64,000 nucleotides of DNA, from assembly GCA_951812955.1 (NCBI GenBank), contig OX638340.1, positions 1,568,001 through 1,632,000 of the forward strand. The letters run 5' to 3'. The DNA is from an uncultured Gemmatimonadota bacterium. GTDB taxonomy: Bacteria > JAAXHH01. This document shows, piece by piece, positions 9,387 through 17,936 of the stretch. Position numbers and translations under genes: made by a program. The notes under the pieces were generated by a model that saw nothing but the letters and a program-made list of their open reading frames with translations, was not told the origin of the DNA and did no database searches. Each line of letters starts with the position of its first letter. Within the stretch, counting starts at the first letter, position 1.

Positions 9387-10253
9387 TCACTGAAAACGCA
9401 CACCCGCCTTCGCTGCGGATTCCACCAGAAACCGCCTGACCTCCTCCACCTGTCCATAGTCGGTCAGGTGTTCCACGACCACACACGTCCATTCCGGCAA
9501 GGCCGAAGCGCGGCACAACAGGCGCCCGTAGTCCAGCACGCCCTGTCCGGCGGGCCGTTCCTCGAGGTGTACGATCGACTGTACCTCCCGGGCCGCCGAG
9601 TCCTTGGCGTGGACGTTCACGATTCGGCTTCCAAGGCGGTCGAAGGCATCGTCCATAAAAGCGCCCGAATCATACAGCGAAAGGGGATCGAGGATGTTGG
9701 CCGGATCGAAGTTGATGCCGACTCCGGGTTGGTCGATCTCCTCTAAAAGCGCTACGGCGCGGTCCACGGTGGACAGGATCGTCATGAGCGACATCTCCGG
9801 CGCGACGGATATGCCGAAATCGGCCGCGAACGGCGCGATTTCCTTCAACGCGACGGCCAGACGATCCAGCGCTTCCTCGCCGTGATTCTCCAGATGGGGA
9901 TACCATGCGTTCGCGGGGTGCATGCCCCCGGCCTCCGTGAGTAACACCCGGCAACCGAGGGCCGCGGCCAGGGGCACGCGATCCCGCAGGATCTGCAAGT
10001 GGGCCGCCGATTCACCAGGATCCGGACGCACGAACGGAGTGCCCACGCTCCAGACCTGGCCGATGGCGATCCCTTCCCCGTCCAGGATCTTTCGGACCTT
10101 GCCGGCAGCGTCCTTATCGACGGCGACGGACCGTTCCAGGTCCACGCCCACCGCGGAGAAACCAAGGTCCCTGATCCAGCTCGCGGTCCCCTTCGTGATC
10201 CGGTCGAGCGGCGGAACGAAACTATCCAGGCAGAGTCTCATGGGAGATTCCAA
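9387..10253 (-). CDS. Sugar phosphate isomerase/epimerase (xylose-isomerase-like TIM barrel)
   Basis: AP-endonuclease-2/xylose-isomerase-like TIM-barrel signatures (NVHAKD, VVVEH, divalent-metal ligand pattern). Confidence 0.75.
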   Translation of the reverse strand: MESPMRLCLDSFVPPLDRITKGTASWIRDLGFSAVGVDLERSVAVDKDAAGKVRKILDGEGIAIGQVWSVGTPFVRPDPGESAAHLQILRDRVPLAAALGCRVLLTEAGGMHPANAWYPHLENHGEEALDRLAVALKEIAPFAADFGISVAPEMSLMTILSTVDRAVALLEEIDQPGVGINFDPANILDPLSLYDSGAFMDDAFDRLGSRIVNVHAKDSAAREVQSIVHLEERPAGQGVLDYGRLLCRASALPEWTCVVVEHLTDYGQVEEVRRFLVESAAKAGVRFQ

Positions 10254-10288
10254 ATAACTGATTAACGCTTGTTTAATGAGTTAGTTAC

Positions 10289-10398
10289 GCGGATGATCGA
10301 GTGCTGCCGCACGGATGACAGAGCGCCGCCTTACGGATGATCGAGCGCTGCCGCACGGATGATTGAGTGCTGCAACACGGATGATCGGGCGCTACCGC
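10289..10398. repeat. Five tandem copies of a 22-bp direct repeat (consensus ACGGATGATCGAGYGCTGCCGC) in a divergent intergenic region
   Basis: Read directly from the sequence. Units start at 10289, 10311, 10333, 10355 and 10377. Confidence 0.9.
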
Positions 10399-10407
10399 GT
10401 GAAGAAA

Positions 10408-10437
10408 TTGACACTTTTGTATGTAATTTCATAATAT
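10408..10437 (+). promoter_or_regulatory. Sigma70-like promoter: TTGACA, 17-bp spacer, ATAATA, in an AT-rich tract just downstream of the iteron array
   Basis: TTGACA at 10408-10413 and ATAATA at 10431-10436. About 75 bp upstream of the methyltransferase start. Local AT-richness contrasts with the GC-rich genome. Confidence 0.5.
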
Positions 10438-10511
10438 ATGTATATTGAACGTGCGCAATAACGTATGCAATTATATTACGATTCCGCGCGAAGGCATATG
10501 CGAAGGAGGGC

Positions 10512-11153
10512 ATGCCGGTGAGCAGCAAGGAATTCTTTGATCGCGTCGCCCCGGACTGGGACGAAATGCGCGAGGGGTATTATTCCGAGGACGTCAGGGT
10601 GGGCGCCCTGGCGGCCGCAGCGGTCGAGAAGGGCAAAATCGCCGCGGACATCGGCGCCGGTACGGGCTTTATTTCGCAGGGTCTGATCGAGGAAGGGCTT
10701 CAGATCATCGCGGTCGACCAGTCAGAGGTCATCCTGAATGAAATGAAGGAAAAGTTCGCCCGATGGTCATCGATCGAATATCGCGTAGGGAACGCCCAGG
10801 ATATACCGATTCCTGATGAAACGGTCGACTACGCCTTTGCCAATATGTGTCTCCACCACGTTGAATCACCGCCTGTCGCCATCCGGGAAATGACAAGAAT
10901 CCTGAAACCGGCAGGAAAACTGGTGATCACGGACGCGGACGAGCATGAATTCGAGTTTCTGCGCGAAGAGCACCATGACCGCTGGCTGGGTTTCAAACGA
11001 TCCGATATCAGATCATGGTATCTGGAAGCGGGACTGGGAGAGGTAAGTGTCGAAAGCATAGGCTCCCTATGCGAAGTGCAGTCTTTATGTTGTGAAGAAT
11101 TCGCCCGTATCGGGATATTCGTGGCCTCGGGAGAGAAACGCGCAGGGCGTTGA
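10512..11153 (+). CDS. Class I SAM-dependent methyltransferase (Methyltransf_11/UbiE-like)
   Basis: Motif I IADIGAGTGFIS, post-I acidic residue and motif II. GGAGG RBS 6 nt upstream of the ATG. Confidence 0.8.
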   Translation: MPVSSKEFFDRVAPDWDEMREGYYSEDVRVGALAAAAVEKGKIAADIGAGTGFISQGLIEEGLQIIAVDQSEVILNEMKEKFARWSSIEYRVGNAQDIPIPDETVDYAFANMCLHHVESPPVAIREMTRILKPAGKLVITDADEHEFEFLREEHHDRWLGFKRSDIRSWYLEAGLGEVSVESIGSLCEVQSLCCEEFARIGIFVASGEKRAGR

Positions 11154-11256
11154 AGGCCACGCTGCGCGCCAGGTAGTGCTTGCTTTTGTACGGGCTACCG
11201 GCAAACTGCAAGGAATATCCGTCCTGCCCATCGAACCATTGAACCGGAACGCCAGC

Positions 11257-13107
11257 ATGCATCCTGCCACCGAACATATACACCTCGCCATCTGTCCTGA
11301 TCACAAGGCGCTTTCGCGGACCGTTGCCAGGGAGATCGTCGGGTACGCCCAGGCGCGCGCCGAGGCGGGGAAGATGGCCGTACTGGGCCTTTGTACGGGA
11401 TCCACGCCCATCGACGTGTACGGGGAACTGATCGCGCTGCACCGCGGCGGCGTCAGTTTCGAGAACATCGTCACCTTCAACCTCGACGAATACTACCCCA
11501 TGTCGCGGCAGTCGACCCAGAGTTACCACCGCTACATGCAGGAGTATCTCTTCGACCATGTGAACATACCCGAAGACCAGGTCTACATCCCGTTGGGCGA
11601 CCTCGCGCCGGAGGAGATCGAGGACCACTGCGCATGGTACGAGGAACGTATCCGATCCGTGGGCGGCATCGGCATCCAGCTCCTGGGCATCGGGCGCACC
11701 GGCCATATCGGGTTCAACGAGCCCGGTTCCCTGCCGAACACGCGCACCCGGTTGATCCGCCTGGACGAGAGTACCCGCAAGGACGCCGCTTCCGATTTCT
11801 TCGGCGAGGACAACGTGCCCATCGAGGCGGTGACCATGGGCGTCGGCACCATCCTCGACGCGGAACGCATCATCCTCATGGCCACGGGCGAGCACAAGGC
11901 GCCCATCATCCGCAAGGCGGTGGAGGGCGAGGTCAGTCCGCTCGTGGCGGCCAGTTACCTTCAGAACCATCCGAACACGACGTTCTTCATCGATCCGCCC
12001 GCGTCCAGCGAACTGACCCGGGTAAAGCGGCCCTGGCTGAACAACCACGCGGTGGAATGGTCCGACCAGCTTTCGCAACGGGCCGTGCTCTGGCTTTGCG
12101 AGCAGGCGGAGAAGCCCGTATTGCACCTGCAGCGCCGGGACTACAACGCATACGACCTCTACTCCCTGGTGGATACCGTCCAGACAGTCGACGAACTCAA
12201 CCGGAAGACCTTCGACGCGGTCCGCGCCAAGATCTACGGCCGCGAGGACTTTTTCACCAACAAGCGCTGCGTCTGCTTCTCGCCTCATCCGGACGACGAC
12301 GTCATCTCCATGGGCGGCACGCTGTACCGGTTGTCCGGCGCCGGGAACGACATTACCATCGCTTACATGACCAGCGGGAACATCGCCGTATTCGACGAAG
12401 ACGTGAAGCGGCTTATCGATTTCATCGGCCTGACCTTCCGGGACCTGGGATGCGCCCACGCGAAGTTCGACGGAATCGTGGATACGGTGAGTTCCTTCAT
12501 CGAGACGAAACTGCCCGGACAGGTGGATATCCCCGAAGTCCAGATCATCAAGACCAACATCCGCCGGTCCGAAGCCATCGCGGCGGCGTCGACGCTGAAC
12601 ATCCCGCCGGAAAAGACCCGGTTCCTGGACCTGCCCTTCTACAAGACCGGGCAGGTGAAGAAGCATCCCATCGGCGATGAAGACGTGCGGATCGTCCTCG
12701 ATATCCTGAACGACGTCCGTCCGGAAGTTGTTTTCGTCGCCGGCGACCTCTCCGACCCGCACGGAACCCACCGCATATGCAAGGAAGTCATCGACCGGGC
12801 CCTCACTGTCTACGACAGGACGGACCCCGACGTGTGGCTTTACCGGGGCGCGTGGCAGGAGTGGGAAGTGGACGAGGCGGACGTGTTCATTCCCCTCTCG
12901 TACGAAGATCTCCAACGCAAGATCCAGGCCATATTCCGGCACGAATCCCAGAAGGATACCGCCATGTTCCCCGGTGCGTACGACGACAGGGAGTTCTGGG
13001 AGCGGGTGCAGGACCGGAATACCCACACGGCTCGGCGTCTAGACAAACTGGGTTTCCCCCAGTACTACGCCATGGAAGCCTTCGTCCTCGAGCGCGGCGG
13101 GGCGTGA
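11257..13107 (+). CDS. nagB: Bifunctional-type glucosamine-6-phosphate deaminase (NagB) domain fused to a C-terminal LmbE/PIG-L-family N-acetylglucosaminyl deacetylase-like domain
   Basis: N-terminal half carries NagB motifs (LGLCTGSTP, LGIGRTGHIGFNEPGS, VTMGVGTI). C-terminal half carries the PIG-L signature (CFSPHPDDDVISMGG ... DLSDPHGTHR). Start chosen at 11257 (MHPATEH) to avoid overlap with the upstream gene; the ORF is open from 11092. Confidence 0.8.
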   Translation: MHPATEHIHLAICPDHKALSRTVAREIVGYAQARAEAGKMAVLGLCTGSTPIDVYGELIALHRGGVSFENIVTFNLDEYYPMSRQSTQSYHRYMQEYLFDHVNIPEDQVYIPLGDLAPEEIEDHCAWYEERIRSVGGIGIQLLGIGRTGHIGFNEPGSLPNTRTRLIRLDESTRKDAASDFFGEDNVPIEAVTMGVGTILDAERIILMATGEHKAPIIRKAVEGEVSPLVAASYLQNHPNTTFFIDPPASSELTRVKRPWLNNHAVEWSDQLSQRAVLWLCEQAEKPVLHLQRRDYNAYDLYSLVDTVQTVDELNRKTFDAVRAKIYGREDFFTNKRCVCFSPHPDDDVISMGGTLYRLSGAGNDITIAYMTSGNIAVFDEDVKRLIDFIGLTFRDLGCAHAKFDGIVDTVSSFIETKLPGQVDIPEVQIIKTNIRRSEAIAAASTLNIPPEKTRFLDLPFYKTGQVKKHPIGDEDVRIVLDILNDVRPEVVFVAGDLSDPHGTHRICKEVIDRALTVYDRTDPDVWLYRGAWQEWEVDEADVFIPLSYEDLQRKIQAIFRHESQKDTAMFPGAYDDREFWERVQDRNTHTARRLDKLGFPQYYAMEAFVLERGGA

Positions 13108-13377
13108 CGTCCCCTCGGTGCGTTCGAGGCGTTTTTAACATGCGACGCGCCGGCCTCGGCCTCCCGACGAACCCCTCGAAAAGCAGTTGCTCTCCCGATC
13201 TTCAATCCATTATATTGGCCTGCTTGCTTGACGGCACCTGACCGGGGTCGCGACGGCGCTGAGATCCCGCACGGTGACATCCGCACGTCGAACGATCAGG
13301 ATGTCGAATCAAACTGGGTGTTGAACGATCCGGAAGTAGAACCATCGCCCGGGAACCGGGGACCATCGGAGGCACAA

Positions 13378-14325
13378 GTGCGCATAGCGGTATTCGGTAC
13401 AGGAGGCGTAGGCGGCTACTATGGAGGACGGCTTGCCGAGGCAGGAGAGGAAGTCGTATTCATCGCACGCGGCGAGCATCTGGAAGCCCTGCGGCAGAAC
13501 GGCATCCGCGTGGAAAGCACGAAGGGTGATTTCACGCTGCCCTCCATCGAAGCCATCGGGGATCCAAGGGAAGCCGGCGACGTGGACGTCGTCATGCTTT
13601 GCGTCAAGTGCTGGCAGGTGCCCGAAGCCCTCGACGGTCTCCGGCCCTTGCTCGGACCCGATACCTGTATCCTGCCCATGGAGAACGGGGTGGAGACGCC
13701 GGAGCAACTCGCCGCGGAGTTCGGCTGGCGGCACGTACTCGGCGGCGTCTGCGGGATCGTCTCGTTCATCGCCGAACCGGGTCTCATCCGGCATGTCGCC
13801 TACGAACCATTTGTCAATTTCGGGGAATGGGACAACCGCAGCAGCGAACGGGTCGACCGGTTGCGCCTGGCATTCGATCGCGCCAGGGGACTCATCGTCG
13901 ATACGCCGCCGGATATTCAGGCCGCCATGTGGCGCAAGTACATCCTCATCGCTTCGTGGAGCGGGATCGGCGGCGTGACCCGCGCGCCGATTGGCATCGT
14001 CCGCAGCCAGCCCGGCACCCGGCGGCTCCTCGAGACGGCCATGGAGGAGATCCACCGCGTGGCCACCGCCGTGGGCATCAGCCTGCCGGACGACATCGTA
14101 GCCCGGACCCTGGCCATTCTGGACAGCGTCGAATACGGCGGCACCGCCTCCATGCAGCGGGATATCATGGAAGGTAGATTCTCCGAGTTGGAAGCCCAGA
14201 CTGGCGCGCTGGTCCGCATGGGCAGGGAAGCGGGCGTGCCCACGCCGGTCAACGATTTCGTGTACCATTCGCTGCGGCCGATGGAACTTCGAACCCGAAA
14301 GCAGGTATCCTTCGAGACGCCCTGA
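13378..14325 (+). CDS. panE: 2-dehydropantoate 2-reductase (PanE/ApbA family ketopantoate reductase)
   Basis: N-terminal Rossmann VRIAVFGTGGVGGYYGGRLAEAG and the ApbA C-terminal domain. GTG start at 13378 is preceded by a GGAGG RBS at a 5-nt spacer; the ORF is open upstream to 13228. Confidence 0.75.
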   Translation: MRIAVFGTGGVGGYYGGRLAEAGEEVVFIARGEHLEALRQNGIRVESTKGDFTLPSIEAIGDPREAGDVDVVMLCVKCWQVPEALDGLRPLLGPDTCILPMENGVETPEQLAAEFGWRHVLGGVCGIVSFIAEPGLIRHVAYEPFVNFGEWDNRSSERVDRLRLAFDRARGLIVDTPPDIQAAMWRKYILIASWSGIGGVTRAPIGIVRSQPGTRRLLETAMEEIHRVATAVGISLPDDIVARTLAILDSVEYGGTASMQRDIMEGRFSELEAQTGALVRMGREAGVPTPVNDFVYHSLRPMELRTRKQVSFETP

Positions 14326-14386
14326 GTCGCGGGCAGTATACATTCAGGGTCCGGAGTCGCGGGCAGTATCGTTTCAGGCGCACTGT

Positions 14387-14612
14387 GGCGCCCGGGGCGC
14401 GACCCGAGACGATCCGAGACGACCCGAGACTCATCTGACGACCGAGGCGCGATGTGGCGCCCGGGGTACGACCCGAGACTCATCTGACGACCGAGGCGCA
14501 CTGTGGCGCCCGGGGTACGACCCGAGACTCATCTGACGACCGAGGCGCGATGTGGCGCCCGGGGCGCGACCCGAGACGACCCGAGATGATCCGAGACACA
14601 TCTGACGACCGA
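14387..14612. repeat. Four tandem copies of a 49-bp repeat (GGCGCRMTGTGGCGCCCGGGGYRCGACCCGAGACTCATCTGACGACCGA); the two outer copies carry an extra 10-20 bp of nested GACCCGAGAC sub-repeat
   Basis: Read directly. Units at 14387-14445, 14446-14494, 14495-14543 and 14544-14612. Preceded by two AGTCGCGGGCAGTAT copies at 14326-14369. Ends 24 bp before the corrinoid-locus start codon. Confidence 0.9.
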
Positions 14613-14635
14613 ACCGGCCTGCCGGAGCAACCCGC

Positions 14636-15634
14636 ATGAAGTCATTTCTTGAACGCATTGCCGACGATCGTCCCCTCCTTTACGACGGCGGTTTCGGCAC
14701 CGAGCTCTTCGTCCGGGGCATCGAACTGGCCAACAGCGCACTGGCCAACGAACTTTACCCCGACATTGTCAGAGACATCCATTTCGATTATATTGAAGCA
14801 GGCGCGGAAGTGGTGGGAACGAATACGTTCGTGGCGTCTTATCCCCATCTCGAAATGGCCGGGAAGGACGCCTCGGAATCCGAGCAGCTGATCCGGCTTT
14901 CCTTGGAACACGCCCGAGCCGCCATCGAGCGAAGCGGCAGGGAGGTGTACCTGGCCGGTTCCATCGGACCATTGCCGGGCGCCATCGAGGCCGACAGCGG
15001 CGACACGGAGTTCGGCATTGCCAACAGCATCGCCCGGGACGCCCACGAGCGCGTGGGAACGGTCCTGGCGGCAGGCGGGGTGGATTTCTTCTGTGTCGAG
15101 ACCATGTTCTCCGCCAACGAGGCGGCCCTGGCCATCGACGTATTGAGGCAGTTCGGCCTGCCCATCGCCGTGAACCAGACGTACAAATATACGAAGGACC
15201 GCGCCACGGGCGAGGTCGTTTACAAGACCGACTGGGGTCATTCGGCAGCCGATCTCCTGGAGATCCTGGCAGGCGGCGCGCAGTCTGGCGGTGGCGACCT
15301 GCTCGAGCATGTGCAGATCGTCGGCCTGAACTGCGGGGCGGAATCCCGGCGCGACGAGCACACGGGCATGCCTTACGCCATCAGCGGCATCGGCCAGTTG
15401 AAACGCGCCATGGAAGCCAGGGCAGAGGAACCGAAACGCATGATGGCCTACCCGAACGCCGGGAAGGCGCGTCTCGATGAGCAGCACCGGACCTATTACG
15501 ACAATACCCCGGAAGAGATGGCGGCCTCCGTACCGAATCTCCTCGAGGCCGGCGCTTTCTTCATCGGCGGCTGCTGCGGCACGGGCGTCGCCCACATCCG
15601 GGCCTTCCGCGAAGCGATGGACAGGATGGCATGA
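14636..15634 (+). CDS. Homocysteine S-methyltransferase-domain protein (MetH N-terminal / BHMT / MmuM type, Pfam S-methyl_trans), zinc-dependent thiol methyltransferase
   Basis: Signature motifs LYDGGFGTEL, VGTNTF, GLNCG and GGCCGTG (the Cys triad for Zn), in the order expected for the Hcy-binding barrel. Confidence 0.85.
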   Translation: MKSFLERIADDRPLLYDGGFGTELFVRGIELANSALANELYPDIVRDIHFDYIEAGAEVVGTNTFVASYPHLEMAGKDASESEQLIRLSLEHARAAIERSGREVYLAGSIGPLPGAIEADSGDTEFGIANSIARDAHERVGTVLAAGGVDFFCVETMFSANEAALAIDVLRQFGLPIAVNQTYKYTKDRATGEVVYKTDWGHSAADLLEILAGGAQSGGGDLLEHVQIVGLNCGAESRRDEHTGMPYAISGIGQLKRAMEARAEEPKRMMAYPNAGKARLDEQHRTYYDNTPEEMAASVPNLLEAGAFFIGGCCGTGVAHIRAFREAMDRMA

Positions 15635-15900
15635 CGAAGTACCAGGTTCTTTACTGGCGTGACATTCCGGCGCAGGTGCGCGTCTACGGAGGACGGCGTC
15701 CACTTTCACGCCAGATGCCCGACTGGTTCCAGCAGGAAATCGACCGGGTGGCCATGCGGGACGGACTCACTGGTACCGACGCCTACCTGGACGAGTGGCA
15801 CTGGTCTGAAAAACAGGAATGGACCGGCGAAGAGAAAGAACCCGATACGGTGGCGGAAGCCATTTTGAAGCGGCTCGAAGACGGGTTCGACAAGGGATAA
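15631..15900 (+). CDS. Small hypothetical protein (89 aa), translationally coupled to the upstream methyltransferase
   Basis: Its ATG overlaps the upstream stop in an ATGA junction at 15631-15634. Coding-like GC3. No family assigned with certainty. Confidence 0.55.
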   Translation: MTKYQVLYWRDIPAQVRVYGGRRPLSRQMPDWFQQEIDRVAMRDGLTGTDAYLDEWHWSEKQEWTGEEKEPDTVAEAILKRLEDGFDKG

Positions 15901-16034
15901 AACCGGACGCGACGGGCAAGGAGCAAATGCGGCGGGCAGTTATCAAGTCCGTCCGCAACCAGCCACAGCAATGGTCGGACGCGACGGGCAAGGAGCAGGA
16001 CCGGGCAGCATCGAAAACGTAAGAGGCGGCAGAT

Positions 16035-16673
16035 ATGGGTCAAACAGTCGACATAGGCAGGCGCATCGAACTGGTTCCGCTGGATCCCCATTTCGGGGAC
16101 ATATCCATCGGTCTTTACCGCCAGCACGACGATACCGGGCCGGTCTACCAGGTATACACCTACAGCCGGCGGGAAGGCGTCGAGGACCGTATCGCCTTTG
16201 TGGTAAAGGCCATGGGAGTACTGGGCGGGATGGAACAGGCCAGCGGCGGACGCCTTCGGTTCCCCTGCGGCCATGAACATCACATGGGGGTAAAGCGGGT
16301 GTTTCTCGAAGCCTGCAAGCTGGACCCTGCCGGCCCCGCGGAACCGCGGCCCCTGGAGATCCTCGACAAGAAATCGGGCCTTCAAATCCAGGTCCTGAGC
16401 GAGGGAGACGGCGTGTATCGCGTCACGGCCCATGGGGAAGGCAAGGACCGCGAGCGTCGCATTTCCTTCATCGCCGGTGGTCTGATGAAGCTGGCCGAGA
16501 TAGACGAGGTAAGCGGCACGCTGGACCAGGTGGTTTTTCCCTGCGCCCGTGTCCACGACGCGATGATCGGGCAATTGCTGGTCCGCGCGCCGAACGTCCG
16601 GGCCGTCCTGCGCGAGCAAGAGGCCGTGCTGAGTAGGGGCGTCCTGGCGGCGCCCAGCCAGCAGGATGGTTAG
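16035..16673 (+). CDS. Hypothetical protein (212 aa) inside the corrinoid methyltransferase locus; possibly DUF1638-like (unverified)
   Basis: AAGAGG RBS 9 nt upstream of the ATG and strong GC3 codon bias. Same strand as the locus. The opposing 667-aa ORF is judged a shadow. Confidence 0.5.
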   Translation: MGQTVDIGRRIELVPLDPHFGDISIGLYRQHDDTGPVYQVYTYSRREGVEDRIAFVVKAMGVLGGMEQASGGRLRFPCGHEHHMGVKRVFLEACKLDPAGPAEPRPLEILDKKSGLQIQVLSEGDGVYRVTAHGEGKDRERRISFIAGGLMKLAEIDEVSGTLDQVVFPCARVHDAMIGQLLVRAPNVRAVLREQEAVLSRGVLAAPSQQDG

Positions 16674-16751
16674 TAGTAACCATAGAGCCCGAATGATGAC
16701 TACGCGATCACGCGATCGTCGAAAGCTCGATCGATCGATAAGGAGGCAGTC

Positions 16752-17795
16752 ATGAGCGACGACCTCATCAGGGAGATGAAGGGCCGGGATCGGGTGCTGG
16801 CCGCCCTCAGGCGGGAGCCCGTGGATCGCACGCCCGTATGCAATCCGACGTCTGTCGCCACGGTGGAGCTGATGGACCTGGTCGACGCCCCCTTTCCGGA
16901 TGCCAACCGGGACCCGGAACTGATGGCCCGGCTGGCGGCCACCGGGTACACCGAGCTGGGTTTCGACAGCATCATGCCGGTCTTCACCATTATCCAGGAA
17001 TCCTCCGCGCTGGGCTGCAAGATCCAGTGGGAGCAAAAGGACAACTGGCCCACGGTTAAGATGCGCGAGCCTATCTGGGAAGACGTGGACGACATCAACG
17101 TCCCGTCCGATTTCCTTACGCACCAGGACACGAAATGCGTCCTCGACGCCATCAGCCTGCTCAAAAAGGAATACGGCGACGAGGTGGCCATCATCGGCAA
17201 GACCATGGGGCCGTGGTCGCTGGGTTACCACTGCTTCGGCGTGGAGCCCTTCCTGCTCATGTCCCTGGATGACCCCGGGAAGACCCACCTCGCCCTCGAC
17301 CGTATGAAGGAGGCCACAGTGGAGTTCGGCATCGCGCAGATCGAGGCCGGGGCGGACGCCCTGACCCTGCCGGACCACGCCACGGGCGACCTGGTGAGCG
17401 GCGAGTATTACCGGCGGTTCCTGAGGGACCTGCACATCGAACTCGTCGAACGGATCCCCATCCCGCTGATCATGCACATCTGCGGAAGGACCGTGGACCG
17501 CATGGGCTACATCGCGGAGACCGGCTTCGCAGCCTTTCACTACGATTCGAAAAACAAGCCCCAGGAATCCATGGAGGCCGTGGACGGCCAGATATCCCTC
17601 GTGGGCAACATCAACAACCCCGAGACGCTCTTCGCACGGGGTCCCGAAGAGGTGACCGGGGAAGTTTGCAGAAACCTGGAGCACGGGATTCACATGGTGG
17701 GACCGGAATGCGCGGTACCCCTCCAGGCGTCCATCGAGAACCTGAAGGCGATCCCCCAGGCCGTGAAAGACTGGCACCGCACACACGCGGCTTGA
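16752..17795 (+). CDS. MtaA/CmuA-type methyltransferase of the uroporphyrinogen decarboxylase (URO-D) family (methylcobamide-dependent methyltransferase)
   Basis: URO-D fold motifs (RTPVC, MPVFTII, IHICG). AAGGAGG RBS. Adjacent to the corrinoid protein, which is the usual context for MtaA-like rather than HemE enzymes. Confidence 0.85.
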   Translation: MSDDLIREMKGRDRVLAALRREPVDRTPVCNPTSVATVELMDLVDAPFPDANRDPELMARLAATGYTELGFDSIMPVFTIIQESSALGCKIQWEQKDNWPTVKMREPIWEDVDDINVPSDFLTHQDTKCVLDAISLLKKEYGDEVAIIGKTMGPWSLGYHCFGVEPFLLMSLDDPGKTHLALDRMKEATVEFGIAQIEAGADALTLPDHATGDLVSGEYYRRFLRDLHIELVERIPIPLIMHICGRTVDRMGYIAETGFAAFHYDSKNKPQESMEAVDGQISLVGNINNPETLFARGPEEVTGEVCRNLEHGIHMVGPECAVPLQASIENLKAIPQAVKDWHRTHAA

Positions 17796-17936
17796 GGCGC
17801 AAAGGAGTCAGCTGTACGCGAGGCGCAAAGGCCACGCATTGAAAACGGGATCAGCCGCAGCGGCCGGTGCGGTCCGACTCACCGCGCGGCAGGCGGCAAA
17901 ATCGGCATGAACCAGGGAGGACCGGGAAGAAGCGCA

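Noticed and set aside
10289-10398. CRISPR array (regular 22-bp repeats)
   Set aside because: The repeats are contiguous with no spacers, and no cas genes are nearby. It is an iteron-like tandem repeat.
11092-11256. Upstream extension of the nagB-lmbE ORF (in-frame ATG at 11092)
   Set aside because: It would overlap the preceding methyltransferase gene by 60 nt, and the extension is not NagB-like. The ATG at 11257 fits NagB N-termini.
11008-13026. 672-aa ORF on the minus strand covering the nagB-lmbE gene
   Set aside because: Antisense shadow ORF typical of GC-rich DNA. Its translation is Arg/Gly/Pro-rich with no motifs, while the plus-strand frame has clear NagB and PIG-L signatures.
13228-13377. 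Upstream in-frame ATG start for panE
   Set aside because: The GTG at 13378 has a GGAGG RBS at ideal spacing and yields a canonical Rossmann N-terminus. The 50-aa extension is polar and unlike ApbA proteins.
14326-14635. Possible cobalamin riboswitch in the repeat-rich leader of the corrinoid locus
   Set aside because: No B12-box (GCCACTG) or other conserved riboswitch cores. The region is made of simple tandem repeats.
15783-17786. 667-aa minus-strand ORF spanning the small ORFs and the MtaA-like gene
   Set aside because: Shadow frame with a low-complexity Arg/Gly/His-rich product. The plus-strand genes have RBSs and recognisable URO-D motifs.
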